This document shows, in pieces, positions 49,861 to 61,121 of a stretch of 64,000 nt of DNA. The DNA comes from Halomonas sp. Lineage in GTDB: Bacteria; Pseudomonadota; Gammaproteobacteria; Pseudomonadales; Halomonadaceae. The notes under the pieces were generated by a model. It worked only from the letters and a program-made list of their open reading frames with translations. It ran no database searches and was not told the DNA's origin. The translations under genes were made by a program, and so were the position numbers. The DNA is taken from positions 4,234 through 68,233 of the forward strand of contig DATISN010000274.1 of NCBI GenBank assembly GCA_035581765.1. The letters are read 5' to 3'. Position 1 is the stretch's first letter; each line of letters begins with the position of its first letter.

Positions 49861-51735
49861 GTGTTGAAATCCGGTCGCATGGTGTGCCTGCTGCTGTGGA
49901 TGCTTTTCTCCATGTCGGTCCAGGCACAATGGTTTTCCTCTTCCTCGCAGGATGACTTCCTGCCGGTCAATGAAGCCTTCACGCCCAGCACCTGGCACGA
50001 CGGCGAGACGCTCTTTATCGGGTTCGAGAACGCCGAGGGCTACTATCTCTATCGCCATCAATTCGCGGTGGAAGCCAAGGATGGCGATGTCGTGCTCGGC
50101 GACCCCCAATTGCCCCCGGGAGAAGCCAAGACCGATGAGTTCCTGGGTGACGTCAACGTCTTCTACGACAGCGTCGTCTTCGAGGTGCCGCTTACCGGCG
50201 AGGCCCCATCCGGTCCGTTTAGCCTGAACCTGACGTTTCAAGGTTGTGCCGACGCCGGGCTTTGCTACCCTCCCGAGACGCTGGAACTGCAGGCGGCGCA
50301 AGGCTCGCCGCCCTCGGCTTTCGCCGATGTCACGGCAGCGCCAGCCTCCTCAGCATCAGCCCCCGCCTCGACTGCGGATGTCAGCACCGACATAGCCGAC
50401 CTTTCGCTCGTCAGCGAGGACGCCCGCTTTCGTGAGCTGATGCGAAGCGCCAGCCTGCCCCTGGTGCTGGGCCTCTTCTTCATTGGCGGCCTGGGGCTGA
50501 CCTTTACGCCCTGTGTGCTGCCCATGATACCGATCCTGTCCTCCATCATCGTGGGCCAGAATCCCACCCGTCGGCGCGCCTTTCTCCTGTCGGCCAGCTA
50601 CGTGGCCGGCATGGCGCTCACCTATGCCGTGGTGGGCGTGTTGATGGGGCTCTTCGGCGCGGGCCTCAACCTCCAGGCGCACCTGCAATCCGCTCCAGTG
50701 CTTATCGCTTTCTCGATCCTGTTTGGCGTCTTTGCGCTGGCCATGTTCGGCGCGTTAAACCTTAGCCTGTCTCCGCGCCTGGCGGGACGCGTCGATGCCT
50801 GGCAGGCGCGCGCCCAGCGCAGCGGTCCGGCGGGTCTGGCGCTTGCCGGCGCCCTGTCGGTGCTGGTGGTTTCCCCCTGCGTCTCGGCGCCTCTGGCCGG
50901 CGCGCTGGTCTTCATTTCCACCACCGGTGATGCCCTGCTGGGCGGTGCCGCCCTGCTCGCCCTGGGGCTCGGCATGGGCGTCCCGCTGCTACTGGTCGGC
51001 ACCCTGGGCACGACGCTTTTGCCGCGCTCCGGCGCCTGGATGAATGGCGTCAAGATCGCCTTCGGTGTCCTCATGCTGGCGGTGGCCATCTGGCTGGTGG
51101 AGCGTCTGGTCCCGGCCCCTCTCGCCCTCGTGCTCTGGGCGGCTCTGGTCGTCGGCAGCGCCCTGGCGCTAGGGGCAGTGACCGTCAACCAGGCCCAGGG
51201 CTGGCCTCGGGTCCGCCAGACGGCAGGCATTCTGCTGCTGGCATGGGGCGTCGCCCTGGTCATCGGCGCCGCCGGCGGCAGCGGCGATCCCCTGCGACCG
51301 CTGGCGGGCCTCACCGCCTCCTCTTCCGCGAACTCGCGCGACGCCGTTGAGGAGGTCGAGATCATCACCGTGACACGCCTCGAGGGCCTGGAGCAGGCCC
51401 TGGCCAGTGCCGACGAAGCGGGACGCCCCTCCTTCGTGCACTTCACCGCCGATTGGTGCATCTCCTGCAAGCAGCTCGAGCGTCAGGTCTATACCGACCC
51501 GCAAGTCGCAGAGCGGCTTTCCGCGTTCACCCGCATCAACGTCGATGTCACCGACACCAACGACGCCAGTCGCCGCCTGCTCGACCACTACAGTCTGTTC
51601 GGCCCCCCCAGCCTGCTGTTCTTCGATGCCAGTCGCGAGCTGCGCGAGGCACGTATTCAGGGCGAGATCGAGGCAGCGCCTTTCGCGGGCCACCTTGATG
51701 GTGTCATCGGCTGGTTGGAAGCGCAGCGCGGCTGA
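49861..51735 (+). CDS. dsbD: Protein-disulfide reductase
   Basis: QGCADAGLCYPP, FTPCVLPMIP, SPCVSAPL, ADWCISCK. Confidence 0.95.
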   Translation: MLKSGRMVCLLLWMLFSMSVQAQWFSSSSQDDFLPVNEAFTPSTWHDGETLFIGFENAEGYYLYRHQFAVEAKDGDVVLGDPQLPPGEAKTDEFLGDVNVFYDSVVFEVPLTGEAPSGPFSLNLTFQGCADAGLCYPPETLELQAAQGSPPSAFADVTAAPASSASAPASTADVSTDIADLSLVSEDARFRELMRSASLPLVLGLFFIGGLGLTFTPCVLPMIPILSSIIVGQNPTRRRAFLLSASYVAGMALTYAVVGVLMGLFGAGLNLQAHLQSAPVLIAFSILFGVFALAMFGALNLSLSPRLAGRVDAWQARAQRSGPAGLALAGALSVLVVSPCVSAPLAGALVFISTTGDALLGGAALLALGLGMGVPLLLVGTLGTTLLPRSGAWMNGVKIAFGVLMLAVAIWLVERLVPAPLALVLWAALVVGSALALGAVTVNQAQGWPRVRQTAGILLLAWGVALVIGAAGGSGDPLRPLAGLTASSSANSRDAVEEVEIITVTRLEGLEQALASADEAGRPSFVHFTADWCISCKQLERQVYTDPQVAERLSAFTRINVDVTDTNDASRRLLDHYSLFGPPSLLFFDASRELREARIQGEIEAAPFAGHLDGVIGWLEAQRG

Positions 51736-51950
51736 GCCTCGCTACCGCTTGGCGAATAGGCTTGGCGAACAGTGTTCTGGTAGCCTCTGGACATCCTCGG
51801 CGAACTTCGTCACACTTCGCCAACTTCCTTTTTACGGCCATTAGAAGCGACAAGAGACGCTATCTTGCCGCGATCTAGTGCGACTTGGCCCAGGTTGACA
51901 GCGTGACCGGGCCGTCGTCGACCAATGAACCAACCGATCGAGACAACGTC

Positions 51951-52412
51951 ATGGATATCCGCAAGGTCAAGAAGCTGATCGAGCTGCTCGAAGAATCCAA
52001 CATCAGCGAAATCGAGATCCAGGAAGGCGAGGAGTCGGTACGCATCAGTCGTCATCCCAATGGTACCAACTGGCAGCAGCCAGCCCCCTATGCCTACCCC
52101 CAGCCACCACAGCCCACTTACCAGGCCTCCCCTCCGTCACCGTCTGTCGAGACACTCGACGAGACCCCCGACTTCAAGGGGCATGCGGTGAATTCACCGA
52201 TGGTTGGCACCTTCTACCGTTCTCCCGCACCGGGCTCCAAACCCTTCGTCGAGATCGGTTCAAGCGTCAAGAAAGGCGAGACGATCTGCCTGATCGAGGC
52301 CATGAAGATGATGAACCAGATCGAGGCGGATCGTGACGGCGTCGTCGAGGCGATCCTGGTCGAGGATGGCGAGCCGGTCGAATTCGACCAGCCAATGCTC
52401 GTGATTGCCTGA
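51951..52412 (+). CDS. accB: Acetyl-CoA carboxylase biotin carboxyl carrier protein
   Basis: [27 protein letters not shown]. Confidence 0.97.
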   Translation: MDIRKVKKLIELLEESNISEIEIQEGEESVRISRHPNGTNWQQPAPYAYPQPPQPTYQASPPSPSVETLDETPDFKGHAVNSPMVGTFYRSPAPGSKPFVEIGSSVKKGETICLIEAMKMMNQIEADRDGVVEAILVEDGEPVEFDQPMLVIA

Positions 52413-52463
52413 TCCGACGCCTTCCGGGCTCACCTTTCACCTGACAACACTGGCGGATTCCTC

Positions 52464-53804
52464 ATGCTGGACAAGGTTCTCATTGCCAATCGCGGCGAGA
52501 TCGCCCTGCGCATCCTGCGCGCCTGCAAGGAGCTGGGCATCAAGACCGTGGCGGTCCACTCTCAGGCCGACCGCGAGTTGATGCATGTACGACTGGCCGA
52601 CGAGGCCGTCTGCATCGGACCGGCGTCTTCGAAGCTGTCCTACCTGAACATCCCGGCCCTAATCAGCGCCGCGGAGGTCACCGACTCCAGCGCCATTCAC
52701 CCCGGTTATGGCTTTCTCTCCGAGAATGCCAATTTCGCCGAGCAGGTCGAGCGTTCTGGCTTTACCTTCATCGGGCCGCGGGCCGAGACCATCCGCCTGA
52801 TGGGCGACAAGGTCAGTGCCATCGAGTCCATGAAGAAAGCCGGCGTGCCGACCGTGCCCGGGTCCGATGGCCCACTCGGTGATGATGAAGGCGAGACGGT
52901 TGCCGTGGCGCGACGCATCGGCTATCCGGTGATCATCAAGGCGGCTTCGGGCGGCGGCGGTCGCGGTATGCGCGTAGTGCATACCGAAGCTCACCTGCTC
53001 TCGGCGGTCAATGTCACCCGCACAGAAGCCCATGCCGCCTTCGGCGATGGCACCGTCTACATGGAGAAGTTTCTCCAGCGTCCGCGCCACGTCGAGGTGC
53101 AGGTCCTGGCGGATGGCCAGGGCAATGCCATCCATCTGTACGATCGCGACTGCTCGTTGCAGCGTCGCCATCAAAAAGTCATCGAGGAGGCTCCGGCCCC
53201 CGGCATCGATGAGACCGCCCGGGCCAAGGTATTGGAGGCCTGCCGCGAAGCCTGCCTCACCATTGGCTACCGGGGTGCAGGCACCTTCGAGTTCCTCTAC
53301 GAGGACGGCGAGTTCTTCTTCATCGAAATGAACACTCGCGTCCAGGTCGAGCATCCGGTCACCGAGATGGTCACCGGCGTGGACATCGTCCGCGAACAGT
53401 TGCGCATCGCCTCCGGCCTGCCGCTCTCGATCTCCCAGGAAGACGTCAAGGTCAGCGGTCATTCCTTCGAATGCCGGATCAATGCCGAGGATCCCCGCAC
53501 CTTCATGCCGTCCCCCGGCAAGGTGACGCTCTATCATCCGCCGGGCGGCCTGGGGGTGCGCATGGACTCGCACGTCTATACCGGGTACACGGTTCCACCC
53601 CACTACGACTCCCTGATCGGCAAGCTGATTACCTGGGGCGTCGATCGCGAGACGGCACTAACGCGCATGCGCAATGCCCTGGACGAGTTGCTGGTGGAAG
53701 GTATCAAGACCAATACCGACCTTCACAAGGACCTGGTGCGTGACGGGTATTTCCAGCAGGGCGGCGTCAACATCCATTATCTTGAGAAGAAACTGGGCCT
53801 CTAA
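52464..53804 (+). CDS. accC: Biotin carboxylase
   Basis: [35 protein letters not shown]. Confidence 0.97.
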   Translation: MLDKVLIANRGEIALRILRACKELGIKTVAVHSQADRELMHVRLADEAVCIGPASSKLSYLNIPALISAAEVTDSSAIHPGYGFLSENANFAEQVERSGFTFIGPRAETIRLMGDKVSAIESMKKAGVPTVPGSDGPLGDDEGETVAVARRIGYPVIIKAASGGGGRGMRVVHTEAHLLSAVNVTRTEAHAAFGDGTVYMEKFLQRPRHVEVQVLADGQGNAIHLYDRDCSLQRRHQKVIEEAPAPGIDETARAKVLEACREACLTIGYRGAGTFEFLYEDGEFFFIEMNTRVQVEHPVTEMVTGVDIVREQLRIASGLPLSISQEDVKVSGHSFECRINAEDPRTFMPSPGKVTLYHPPGGLGVRMDSHVYTGYTVPPHYDSLIGKLITWGVDRETALTRMRNALDELLVEGIKTNTDLHKDLVRDGYFQQGGVNIHYLEKKLGL

Positions 53805-53884
53805 GCCCTTGAACGTTCACCGGGCGGGTCCCAGCCGGACCCGCTCGTGTCAGTCTCTCCCCAATTTCCTCTGGAGACCTGCCC

Positions 53885-54796
53885 ATGCCCTGGCTGCAAC
53901 TCAAGGCACGCATTGCTCCCGAGCAAGCCGATATCCTGGAAGAGCTGCTACTGGCCGAAGGCGCCACCGCCATTACCCTACAGGACGCGCACGACGAGCC
54001 GGTCTTCGAGCCAGAGCGTGGCACCACGCCGCTATGGGAAACGACCGTCCTGACCGGGCTCTACGACGACCTGGAAGGCGTTGACGCGATGCTCGCCCAG
54101 GTATCCGCCGCCTGGGCCGAGGTGATGCCCGAGGAGCCCTGCCCCGAGATCGAGGTCGAATTGCTCGCCGATCGTGACTGGGAGCGAGAATGGATGGACG
54201 ACTTCCAACCGATGCAGATGGGCGAGCGGTTGTGGATCGTACCCAGCTGGCATGAGCCGCCGGAGCCTGGTGCCGTTAACCTGCACCTCGACCCGGGCCT
54301 CGCCTTCGGCACCGGCACCCACCCCACCACCGCGCTCTGCCTGGCCTGGCTCGATGGCCTGGCCGTGGCCGACCGGCTGCACGACCAGGCGGTACTCGAC
54401 GTGGGTTGCGGCTCGGGGATCCTGGCCATCGCCGCGATCAAACTGGGCGCGCCACGCGCCACAGGCACCGACATTGACCCACAGGCGCTACAGGCCAGCC
54501 GTGACAATGCCGAGCGCAACGGCATCGAAGACGCCGACCTTCGGCTCTGCTACCCCGAACAACTCGAGACCAGTGACTTCCCGGTGGTGGTCGCCAACAT
54601 TCTTGCCGGCCCCCTGGTCGAGTTGGCCGGCGAGATCGCCGCCCGGGTGGCACCCGGGGGGCGTCTGGCACTATCGGGCATCCTTGCCGCCCAGGCCGAC
54701 ACCGTCCTCGCGGCCTATGCGGCACAGGGACTGATCATGGATGAGCCGACGATCCGCCAGGGCTGGGTGCGGCTCACCGGACTGCGGCCGAGCTGA
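53885..54796 (+). CDS. prmA: Ribosomal protein L11 methyltransferase
   Basis: DPGLAFGTGTHPTT, DVGCGSGIL, ANILA. Confidence 0.96.
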   Translation: MPWLQLKARIAPEQADILEELLLAEGATAITLQDAHDEPVFEPERGTTPLWETTVLTGLYDDLEGVDAMLAQVSAAWAEVMPEEPCPEIEVELLADRDWEREWMDDFQPMQMGERLWIVPSWHEPPEPGAVNLHLDPGLAFGTGTHPTTALCLAWLDGLAVADRLHDQAVLDVGCGSGILAIAAIKLGAPRATGTDIDPQALQASRDNAERNGIEDADLRLCYPEQLETSDFPVVVANILAGPLVELAGEIAARVAPGGRLALSGILAAQADTVLAAYAAQGLIMDEPTIRQGWVRLTGLRPS

Positions 54797-54831
54797 TTGA
54801 TCTCTGGCCGGCTTATCGACCTTTAGGCGCC

Positions 54832-54860
54832 TTCACCCTTGGCGGTGGTGGGCGTATGAT
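54832..54860 (+). promoter_or_regulatory. Sigma70-like promoter for dusB-fis
   Basis: TTCACC-N17-TATGAT, 30 bp upstream of the dusB ATG. Confidence 0.5.
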
Positions 54861-54890
54861 GTGCACCCTCTGAAGCCTGCGACCTTGACG

Positions 54891-55949
54891 ATGCCTGATA
54901 CCCGCCCATTGCCTCGTATCGGTAGCCACACGCTGCCCAATCGAGTCATCCTGGCCCCCATGGCCGGCGTCACCGACCGCCCCTTTCGCCAGCTCTGCCG
55001 GCAGTTGGGCGCAGGGCTGGTGGTGGGCGAGATGGTCACTTCCGACCCCAGCCTCTGGCACACCCGCAAATCGCGTCAGCGCATGGATCACCGCGGCGAA
55101 CCCGGCCCACGCGCCGTGCAGATTGCCGGCGGCGACGCCGGACAGCTTGCCGAGGCGGCACGCTTGAACGCCGGGATGGGCGCCGAGATCATCGACATCA
55201 ACATGGGCTGTCCGGCCAAGAAGGTCTGCCAAAAGGCCGCCGGATCGGCGCTGCTTCGCGATGAGACCCTGGTCGCCGAGATCCTCGACGCGGTGGTGGC
55301 CGCGGTGGATGTGCCGGTGACGCTGAAGATCCGAACCGGCTGGTGCGCCGAGAGCAACAACGGCGTGCGGGTTGCCCGCCTCGCCCAGGAGGCCGGCATC
55401 CAGGCGCTGGCCGTCCACGGACGCCATCGCCAGCAGCGTTATACCGGCTTCGCCGAGTACGACACCATCGCCGCCATCAAGTCGGCGGTCGCGATACCGG
55501 TCTTCGCCAACGGCGACATCGATTCTCCCGAGAAGGCCGCCAGCGTCCTCGACTATACTGGTGCCGATGCGGTGATGGTGGGGCGTGGCGCTCAGGGAAA
55601 TCCATGGATTTTTCGCGAGATCGACCATTTCCTGCGGCATGGGGAGCGCCTTGCCCCTCCATCCGATCAGGCTCGCACCGAGGTGTTACGCGCGCATCTC
55701 GCGGCCTTGCATGAATTCTATGGCGAGCATCAGGGCGTCCGTGTTGCGCGCAAGCATGTCGGCTGGTATCTGAGTGGCGACAAGCGTCTCGACGCGACGC
55801 ACTGTCGCGATCTCAGAGCGTGTTTCAATGGCCTCGACGATGCCGACGCCCAGCACCGCTTCATCGACGAATGCTTTCGTCACGGCTCTCACGCGACCCT
55901 GGGCCGCCTGACTCGCAATGTGACCTCAAAGGGAATCTGTGCCGCATGA
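54891..55949 (+). CDS. dusB: tRNA-dihydrouridine synthase B
   Basis: LAPMAGVTD, DINMGCPAKKV, ANGDI; directly upstream of fis. Confidence 0.95.
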   Translation: MPDTRPLPRIGSHTLPNRVILAPMAGVTDRPFRQLCRQLGAGLVVGEMVTSDPSLWHTRKSRQRMDHRGEPGPRAVQIAGGDAGQLAEAARLNAGMGAEIIDINMGCPAKKVCQKAAGSALLRDETLVAEILDAVVAAVDVPVTLKIRTGWCAESNNGVRVARLAQEAGIQALAVHGRHRQQRYTGFAEYDTIAAIKSAVAIPVFANGDIDSPEKAASVLDYTGADAVMVGRGAQGNPWIFREIDHFLRHGERLAPPSDQARTEVLRAHLAALHEFYGEHQGVRVARKHVGWYLSGDKRLDATHCRDLRACFNGLDDADAQHRFIDECFRHGSHATLGRLTRNVTSKGICAA

Positions 55950-56341
55950 CCCGCCAAGCCTTTCCCAAGAATCCCGCGCTGCCCGGGCAGAATGCGCCGG
56001 TAACCGGTGACGTCGTCGAGATGGCCCACCCCGGCCTGGACGAGCCCTCACGAAACGAGCCCTCGCTTAACGAGTTCTCGTTGGAGGAACCCTCGTTGGA
56101 TGAACCGGTCGCCCAGCAGCCGCTGCGCGAGGTCGTGGATGGCGCCATGCGCCGCTACTTCGCCCATCTCGACGGGGGCGACGTCACCGGCCTCTACGCC
56201 ATGGTCATGGCCGAGGTCGAAGCACCGCTCTTCGCCACCGTGCTCGACTACGCTCAGGGCAACCAGACCCGCGCCGCCGAGATACTCGGCCTCAATCGCG
56301 GCACCCTGCGCAAGAAACTCAAGCAATACGACCTGATTTGA
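55946..56341 (+). CDS. fis: DNA-binding protein Fis with a repeat-expanded N-terminus
   Basis: GNQTRAAEILGLNRGTLRKKLKQY; ATGA overlap with dusB. Confidence 0.93.
   Translation: MTRQAFPKNPALPGQNAPVTGDVVEMAHPGLDEPSRNEPSLNEFSLEEPSLDEPVAQQPLREVVDGAMRRYFAHLDGGDVTGLYAMVMAEVEAPLFATVLDYAQGNQTRAAEILGLNRGTLRKKLKQYDLI
56036..56110 (+). repeat. Five imperfect 15-bp coding repeats in fis
   Basis: Encode LDEPS-RNEPS-LNEFS-LEEPS-LDEPV. Confidence 0.85.
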
Positions 56342-56446
56342 ACCTGTTTCTAGTTTGCTTTAACGCCTGGGAAACCCAACGGACTCCCCGGTAGACGGCA
56401 AGCCTTTTCAAGTTTTCAACCCCACTGCCAGCCTGAGAGTGCCCCC

Positions 56447-58045
56447 ATGGCCCCTTCCCCAGTGTCTTCCGCCTCGTCTTCCCCTGCGGTTCGCCGCGCC
56501 TTGATCAGCGTCTCCGACAAGACCGGCATCGTCGACTTCGCCCGCGGGCTAAGTGAGCAGGGTGTTGCCCTGCTGTCCACCGGCGGCACCTACCGTCTGC
56601 TCGTCGACAACGGCATCGTCGTGACCGAAGTGTCGGAACATACCGGCTTTCCCGAGATCATGGACGGGCGGGTCAAGACGCTGCACCCGATGATTCATGG
56701 TGGCATTCTCGGCCGGCGTGGCCAGGACGACGCGGTCATGGCCGCGCATGGCATCGAGGCCATCGACATGGTGGTAGTCAATCTATACCCCTTCGCCCAG
56801 ACGGTCGCCCGGCCCGACTGCACCCTCGAGGACGCCATCGAGAACATCGATATCGGCGGCCCGACCATGGTGCGCGCCTGCGCCAAGAACCACGCATTCA
56901 CTACCATCGTGGTGGATGCCGGCGACTATCACCGAGTGCTGGCCGAGATCGTCGCCGGGAACGGCGCGGTAAGTGACGCCACCCGCTTCGATCTGGCCGT
57001 CAAGGCCTTCGAGCACACCGCAAGCTACGACGCCGCCATTGCAGACTACCTGGGCCAGCGGGTCCCTGGCGGAGAGGACGGCTTCCCCCGGACCTACAAC
57101 CTGCAGTTCCAAAAGAAGCAGTCGATGCGCTACGGCGAGAATCCGCACCAGAGCGCGGCCTTCTACGTCGAGGCCGATAACGTCGAGGCCAGCGTGGCCA
57201 CCGCCACGCAGGTGCAGGGCAAGGCACTCTCGTTCAACAACGTCGCCGACACCGACGCCGCCTTCGAGTGCGTCAAGGCCTTCAGCGATACCGCCTGCGT
57301 AATCGTCAAGCACGCCAATCCCTGCGGTGTGGCCGTCGGCATCACTCCCCTGGAGGCCTACGAGAGGGCCTTCGCCACCGACCCGACCAGTGCTTTCGGC
57401 GGCATCATTGCCTTCAACGAGCCGCTGGACGCCGAGACCGCTCGCGCCATCATCGACCGCCAGTTCGTCGAGGTGATCATCGCCCCCGGCGTAGAGGACG
57501 AGGCTCTCGCGATCGTCGCCGAGAAGAAGAACGTTCGCCTGCTCGACGTCGGTGCCCATTGGCCCGGCGAGCGTCAGCATGCCCACGATTTCAAGCGCGT
57601 CACCGGCGGTCTGCTGGTGCAGGACCGCGACCTCGGCATGGTCGGCCAGGACGAGCTCACCGTGGTGACCGAGCGCGTGCCCAGCGAACGGGAAATGGGC
57701 GACCTGGCCTTCGCCTGGAAGGTGGCCAAGTACGTCAAGTCCAACGCCATCGTCTATGCGCGTGACGGCCAGACCATCGGCGTGGGCGCCGGCCAGATGA
57801 GCCGCGTCTATTCGGCGAAGATCGCCGGCATCAAGGCCGCCGACGAGGGCCTCTCGGTCCCCGGCTCGGTGATGGCAAGCGACGCCTTCTTCCCGTTTCG
57901 CGACGGCATCGACGCCGCCGCCGCCGCCGGCATCGCCGCGGTGATCCAGCCCGGCGGCTCGATGCGCGACCAGGAAGTGATCGATGCCGCCAACGAGGCC
58001 GGCATCGCCATGGTGTTCACCGGCATGCGGCACTTCCGCCACTGA
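56447..58045 (+). CDS. purH: Bifunctional AICAR transformylase/IMP cyclohydrolase
   Basis: [35 protein letters not shown]. Confidence 0.98.
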   Translation: MAPSPVSSASSSPAVRRALISVSDKTGIVDFARGLSEQGVALLSTGGTYRLLVDNGIVVTEVSEHTGFPEIMDGRVKTLHPMIHGGILGRRGQDDAVMAAHGIEAIDMVVVNLYPFAQTVARPDCTLEDAIENIDIGGPTMVRACAKNHAFTTIVVDAGDYHRVLAEIVAGNGAVSDATRFDLAVKAFEHTASYDAAIADYLGQRVPGGEDGFPRTYNLQFQKKQSMRYGENPHQSAAFYVEADNVEASVATATQVQGKALSFNNVADTDAAFECVKAFSDTACVIVKHANPCGVAVGITPLEAYERAFATDPTSAFGGIIAFNEPLDAETARAIIDRQFVEVIIAPGVEDEALAIVAEKKNVRLLDVGAHWPGERQHAHDFKRVTGGLLVQDRDLGMVGQDELTVVTERVPSEREMGDLAFAWKVAKYVKSNAIVYARDGQTIGVGAGQMSRVYSAKIAGIKAADEGLSVPGSVMASDAFFPFRDGIDAAAAAGIAAVIQPGGSMRDQEVIDAANEAGIAMVFTGMRHFRH

Positions 58046-58062
58046 CAGAAGAAGGAAGCCAA

Positions 58063-58098
58063 GCTAACGACTGCCCCAACGCTAACGACTGGCCCAAA
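58063..58098. repeat. Two 18-bp tandem repeats
   Basis: GCTAACGACTGCCCCAAC / GCTAACGACTGGCCCAAA. Confidence 0.75.
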
Positions 58099-58099
58099 C

Positions 58100-58131
58100 A
58101 CAAGAAACCCCACTAGCGTGGGGTTTCTTGT
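58100..58131. terminator. Rho-independent terminator between purH and gabD
   Basis: ACAAGAAACCCCAC-TAGC-GTGGGGTTTCTTGT. Confidence 0.88.
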
Positions 58132-58156
58132 CTCTTGCATTTTATCTCTTGTTTTC

Positions 58157-59614
58157 TCAGCCCAGGTCGATGCAGAGATACTTGGTCTCAAGAAACTCAT
58201 CGAGTCCTTGGTGGCCGCCTTCACGCCCAAGCCCCGAAGCCTTGACCCCGCCAAAGGGCGCCGAGGCATTGGAGATTAGACCGGTGTTGATGCCCACCAT
58301 GCCGTATTCCAGCGCATCGGCGACCCGCCATACGCGACCCAGGTCACGCGAGTAGAAGTAGGACGCCAGGCCGTACTGCGTATCGTTGGCCATGGCGATG
58401 GCGTCTTCCTCGTCGTCGAAGGGGAAGACGGCGGCCAGGGGGCCGAAGGTTTCCTCGTGGGCGACCTTCATCTTGTCGGTGGCGAAGCTGATCAGGGTCG
58501 GCGTGAAATAATTGCCACCCAGCGGATGAGGATGCCCACCCAGGAGCAGCTCCGCGCCTAGGTCGACCGCATCATGGACATGCTCGCTGACCTTGGCCAC
58601 GGCATTTTCGTCGATCAGCGGACCGATGTTGACCCCGGCCTCGGTACCGTTGCCCACCTTGAGCTCGCTGTTCATGGCGACGGCCAGCTTCTCGCAGAAG
58701 GCATTGACCACGCTGGACTGCACCAGGAAGCGGTTGGTGCAGACGCAGGTCTGGCCGGCATTGCGGAACTTGGCCGCCATCGCGCCTTCCACGGCGGCGT
58801 CCAGGTCGGCATCCTCGAAGACGATGAAGGGCGCATTGCCACCCAGCTCAAGCGATATCTTCTGGATATGCTGCGAGGCCTGAGCCATCAGCTGCCGCCC
58901 CACCTCGGTGGAACCGGTGAAGGTGATCTTGCGCACGATGGGCGATTCGGTCAGCGCCGCGGCAATCTCCGAGGCGCGCCCCGGCACCACATTGAAGACC
59001 CCGCGCGGCACGCCGGCACGCTCGGCCAGCAGTGCCAGCGCCGTGGCGGAGAACGGTGTCTGGCTGGCAGGCTTGACCACGATGGTACAGCCCGCGGCCA
59101 ACGCCGCCCCGGCCTTGCGGGTGATCATGGCCGCCGGGAAATTCCACGGCGTAATCGCGCCCACCACGCCGACGGGTTGCTTGGTGACGACAATGCGCTG
59201 ATTGGCCTTGGCGGCAGGCACGGTCTCCCCGTAGATGCGCCGGGCCTCCTCGGCGAACCAGCGCAGAAAGCTCGCCGCATAGACGATCTCGCCCGCGGCT
59301 TCCTTGAGCGGCTTGCCTTGCTCGAAGGTCATGATCATCGCCAGGTCTTCCTGATGCTCGAGCATCAGGTCGTGCCATTTCATCAGGATGTCGGCACGCT
59401 CCAGCGCCGTCAGCGCCTTCCAGGCCGGCAGGGCGGTATCGGCGGCGATGATCGCGCGTTCGGTCTCCACCCGACCGAGCCGTGGCACGTTGCCCATGAC
59501 CTCCCCGGTGGCCGGGTTGAGCACATCGATCTGCTCGCCGCTATCGGCCGCCACCCAACTGCCGTCGATATAGGCGAAGGGGCAATAAAGCTGCGTTTCC
59601 TTGAGGGCTTCCAT
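58157..59614 (-). CDS. gabD: NAD(P)-dependent succinate-semialdehyde dehydrogenase
   Basis: [38 protein letters not shown]. Confidence 0.88.
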   Translation of the reverse strand: MEALKETQLYCPFAYIDGSWVAADSGEQIDVLNPATGEVMGNVPRLGRVETERAIIAADTALPAWKALTALERADILMKWHDLMLEHQEDLAMIMTFEQGKPLKEAAGEIVYAASFLRWFAEEARRIYGETVPAAKANQRIVVTKQPVGVVGAITPWNFPAAMITRKAGAALAAGCTIVVKPASQTPFSATALALLAERAGVPRGVFNVVPGRASEIAAALTESPIVRKITFTGSTEVGRQLMAQASQHIQKISLELGGNAPFIVFEDADLDAAVEGAMAAKFRNAGQTCVCTNRFLVQSSVVNAFCEKLAVAMNSELKVGNGTEAGVNIGPLIDENAVAKVSEHVHDAVDLGAELLLGGHPHPLGGNYFTPTLISFATDKMKVAHEETFGPLAAVFPFDDEEDAIAMANDTQYGLASYFYSRDLGRVWRVADALEYGMVGINTGLISNASAPFGGVKASGLGREGGHQGLDEFLETKYLCIDLG

Positions 59615-59728
59615 CGTTATCTCCTGAGGGGTATGAGGACGTTATCGGTTTACCCCCATGCTAAGCGCAAAGTCCCCCGTGCACCAAGGGAAGCCAGGAT
59701 TAATTGCACGCATCGCGCGGCTGGCTTC

Positions 59729-60130
59729 TCAGCGGGGACGGCGGGAATCGGAGAGCGTGATCGAGACCGAATCGGCGAAACGCAAGGCATGCGGCTTGTC
59801 GATCTCGACCTGGGCGGTGAGCACTGCCGCATGACTCATGATTAGGTCGAGCACTTCTCGGGTCATGCGTTCGAGCAGCAGGAAACGGTTATCTTCCACC
59901 AACGCGATGACTTGCTTGGTGATGGTGCGGTAATTCAAGGCCTGTTCGATATGGTTGAATTCGACCGCCTTGTCGGCGTGATAGCCGATCACGGCATTGA
60001 TTACCACATCCTGGCGGTTGCGAATCTCGTCGTTCTTGATGCCGATATGGGTGCGTAAACGCAGGTTCTTGATGCGTATCGTCGCCAGGTCGTGATCAAC
60101 GTGCGAGTCGTCCAGGGCATGGATCGGCAT
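59729..60130 (-). CDS. folX: Dihydroneopterin triphosphate 2'-epimerase
   Basis: [35 protein letters not shown]. Confidence 0.92.
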   Translation of the reverse strand: MPIHALDDSHVDHDLATIRIKNLRLRTHIGIKNDEIRNRQDVVINAVIGYHADKAVEFNHIEQALNYRTITKQVIALVEDNRFLLLERMTREVLDLIMSHAAVLTAQVEIDKPHALRFADSVSITLSDSRRPR

Positions 60131-60170
60131 GAGCAGAGCTCCTTGTGACGCGGTATCGCCGCGAATGGCC

Positions 60171-60728
60171 TCAACGGCTGTTGATCAGGGTCAGGAACTC
60201 CTGGCGGGTGCTCTGCTTGTCGCGAAACGCGCCGAGCATCACCGACGACGTCATGCTGGAGTTCTGCTTCTCCACCCCTCGCATCATCATGCACAGGTGG
60301 CGTGCCTCGATCACCACGGCCACTCCCTTGGCGTCGGTCACCTGCAGCACCGCCTCGGCGATCTGGCGGGTCAGGTTCTCCTGGATCTGCATGCGCCTGG
60401 CATACATGTCGACGATGCGCGCGAACTTCGAAAGTCCCAGCACCCGCCCGGCGGGCAGGTAGGCGATATGACACTTGCCGATGAAGGGCAGCAGGTGATG
60501 CTCGCACATGGAATACAGTTCAATGTCCTTGACCAGCACCATTTCATCGGTTTCCGACTCGAAGACGGCACCGTTGACGATTTCCTCCAGCGACTGGGTA
60601 TAGCCACGATTGAGAAATTGCATGGCCTTGGCGGCCCGCTTGGGTGTATCGCGCAGCCCCTCGCGCTCAGGATCTTCTCCCAGCTCAAGGATGATCTGGC
60701 GGTAATGATTGGCGAGCGGTTCGGTCAT
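60171..60728 (-). CDS. folE: GTP cyclohydrolase I
   Basis: [35 protein letters not shown]. Confidence 0.96.
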   Translation of the reverse strand: MTEPLANHYRQIILELGEDPEREGLRDTPKRAAKAMQFLNRGYTQSLEEIVNGAVFESETDEMVLVKDIELYSMCEHHLLPFIGKCHIAYLPAGRVLGLSKFARIVDMYARRMQIQENLTRQIAEAVLQVTDAKGVAVVIEARHLCMMMRGVEKQNSSMTSSVMLGAFRDKQSTRQEFLTLINSR

Positions 60729-61121
60729 GATCAGGGATCCGTATCCATTGTCGTTGCAGCATCATCTCGGGGCAGCACGTGGGGAGCCGGCCAACATTAT
60801 GTTGCCGAGCGCCACCGCGTTGCTCGACGCGGTTATTTCGCCTCTGCTACCGCTGCGAAAAAAAGGGACCAGCGAAGCCAGCGAAACAGGGGGCGCCAAG
60901 CAAACATGTACAAACTCTGTACGCTAACAATAATTCGTACAAGCATGACTTGCAATAGCCCCGCAGTTTATCGCAACCAATGCGTCACTGCAGGCTCACC
61001 CGTGACATCTTGCCACGCGCCATGCCTGGCCCTCGGCTATCCCCACCCAATCGCTCTGCTACAATGGCCGGAATTCTCCTGTGCGTCCTTGCGGCCCCCA
61101 AGCCACCCTCGAGAGCCTCAT

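Noticed and set aside
60129-61121. 5' part of the 516-aa ORF 60129..61679
   Set aside because: It is the antisense of folE plus intergenic DNA; the real gene begins at the signal peptide at 61122
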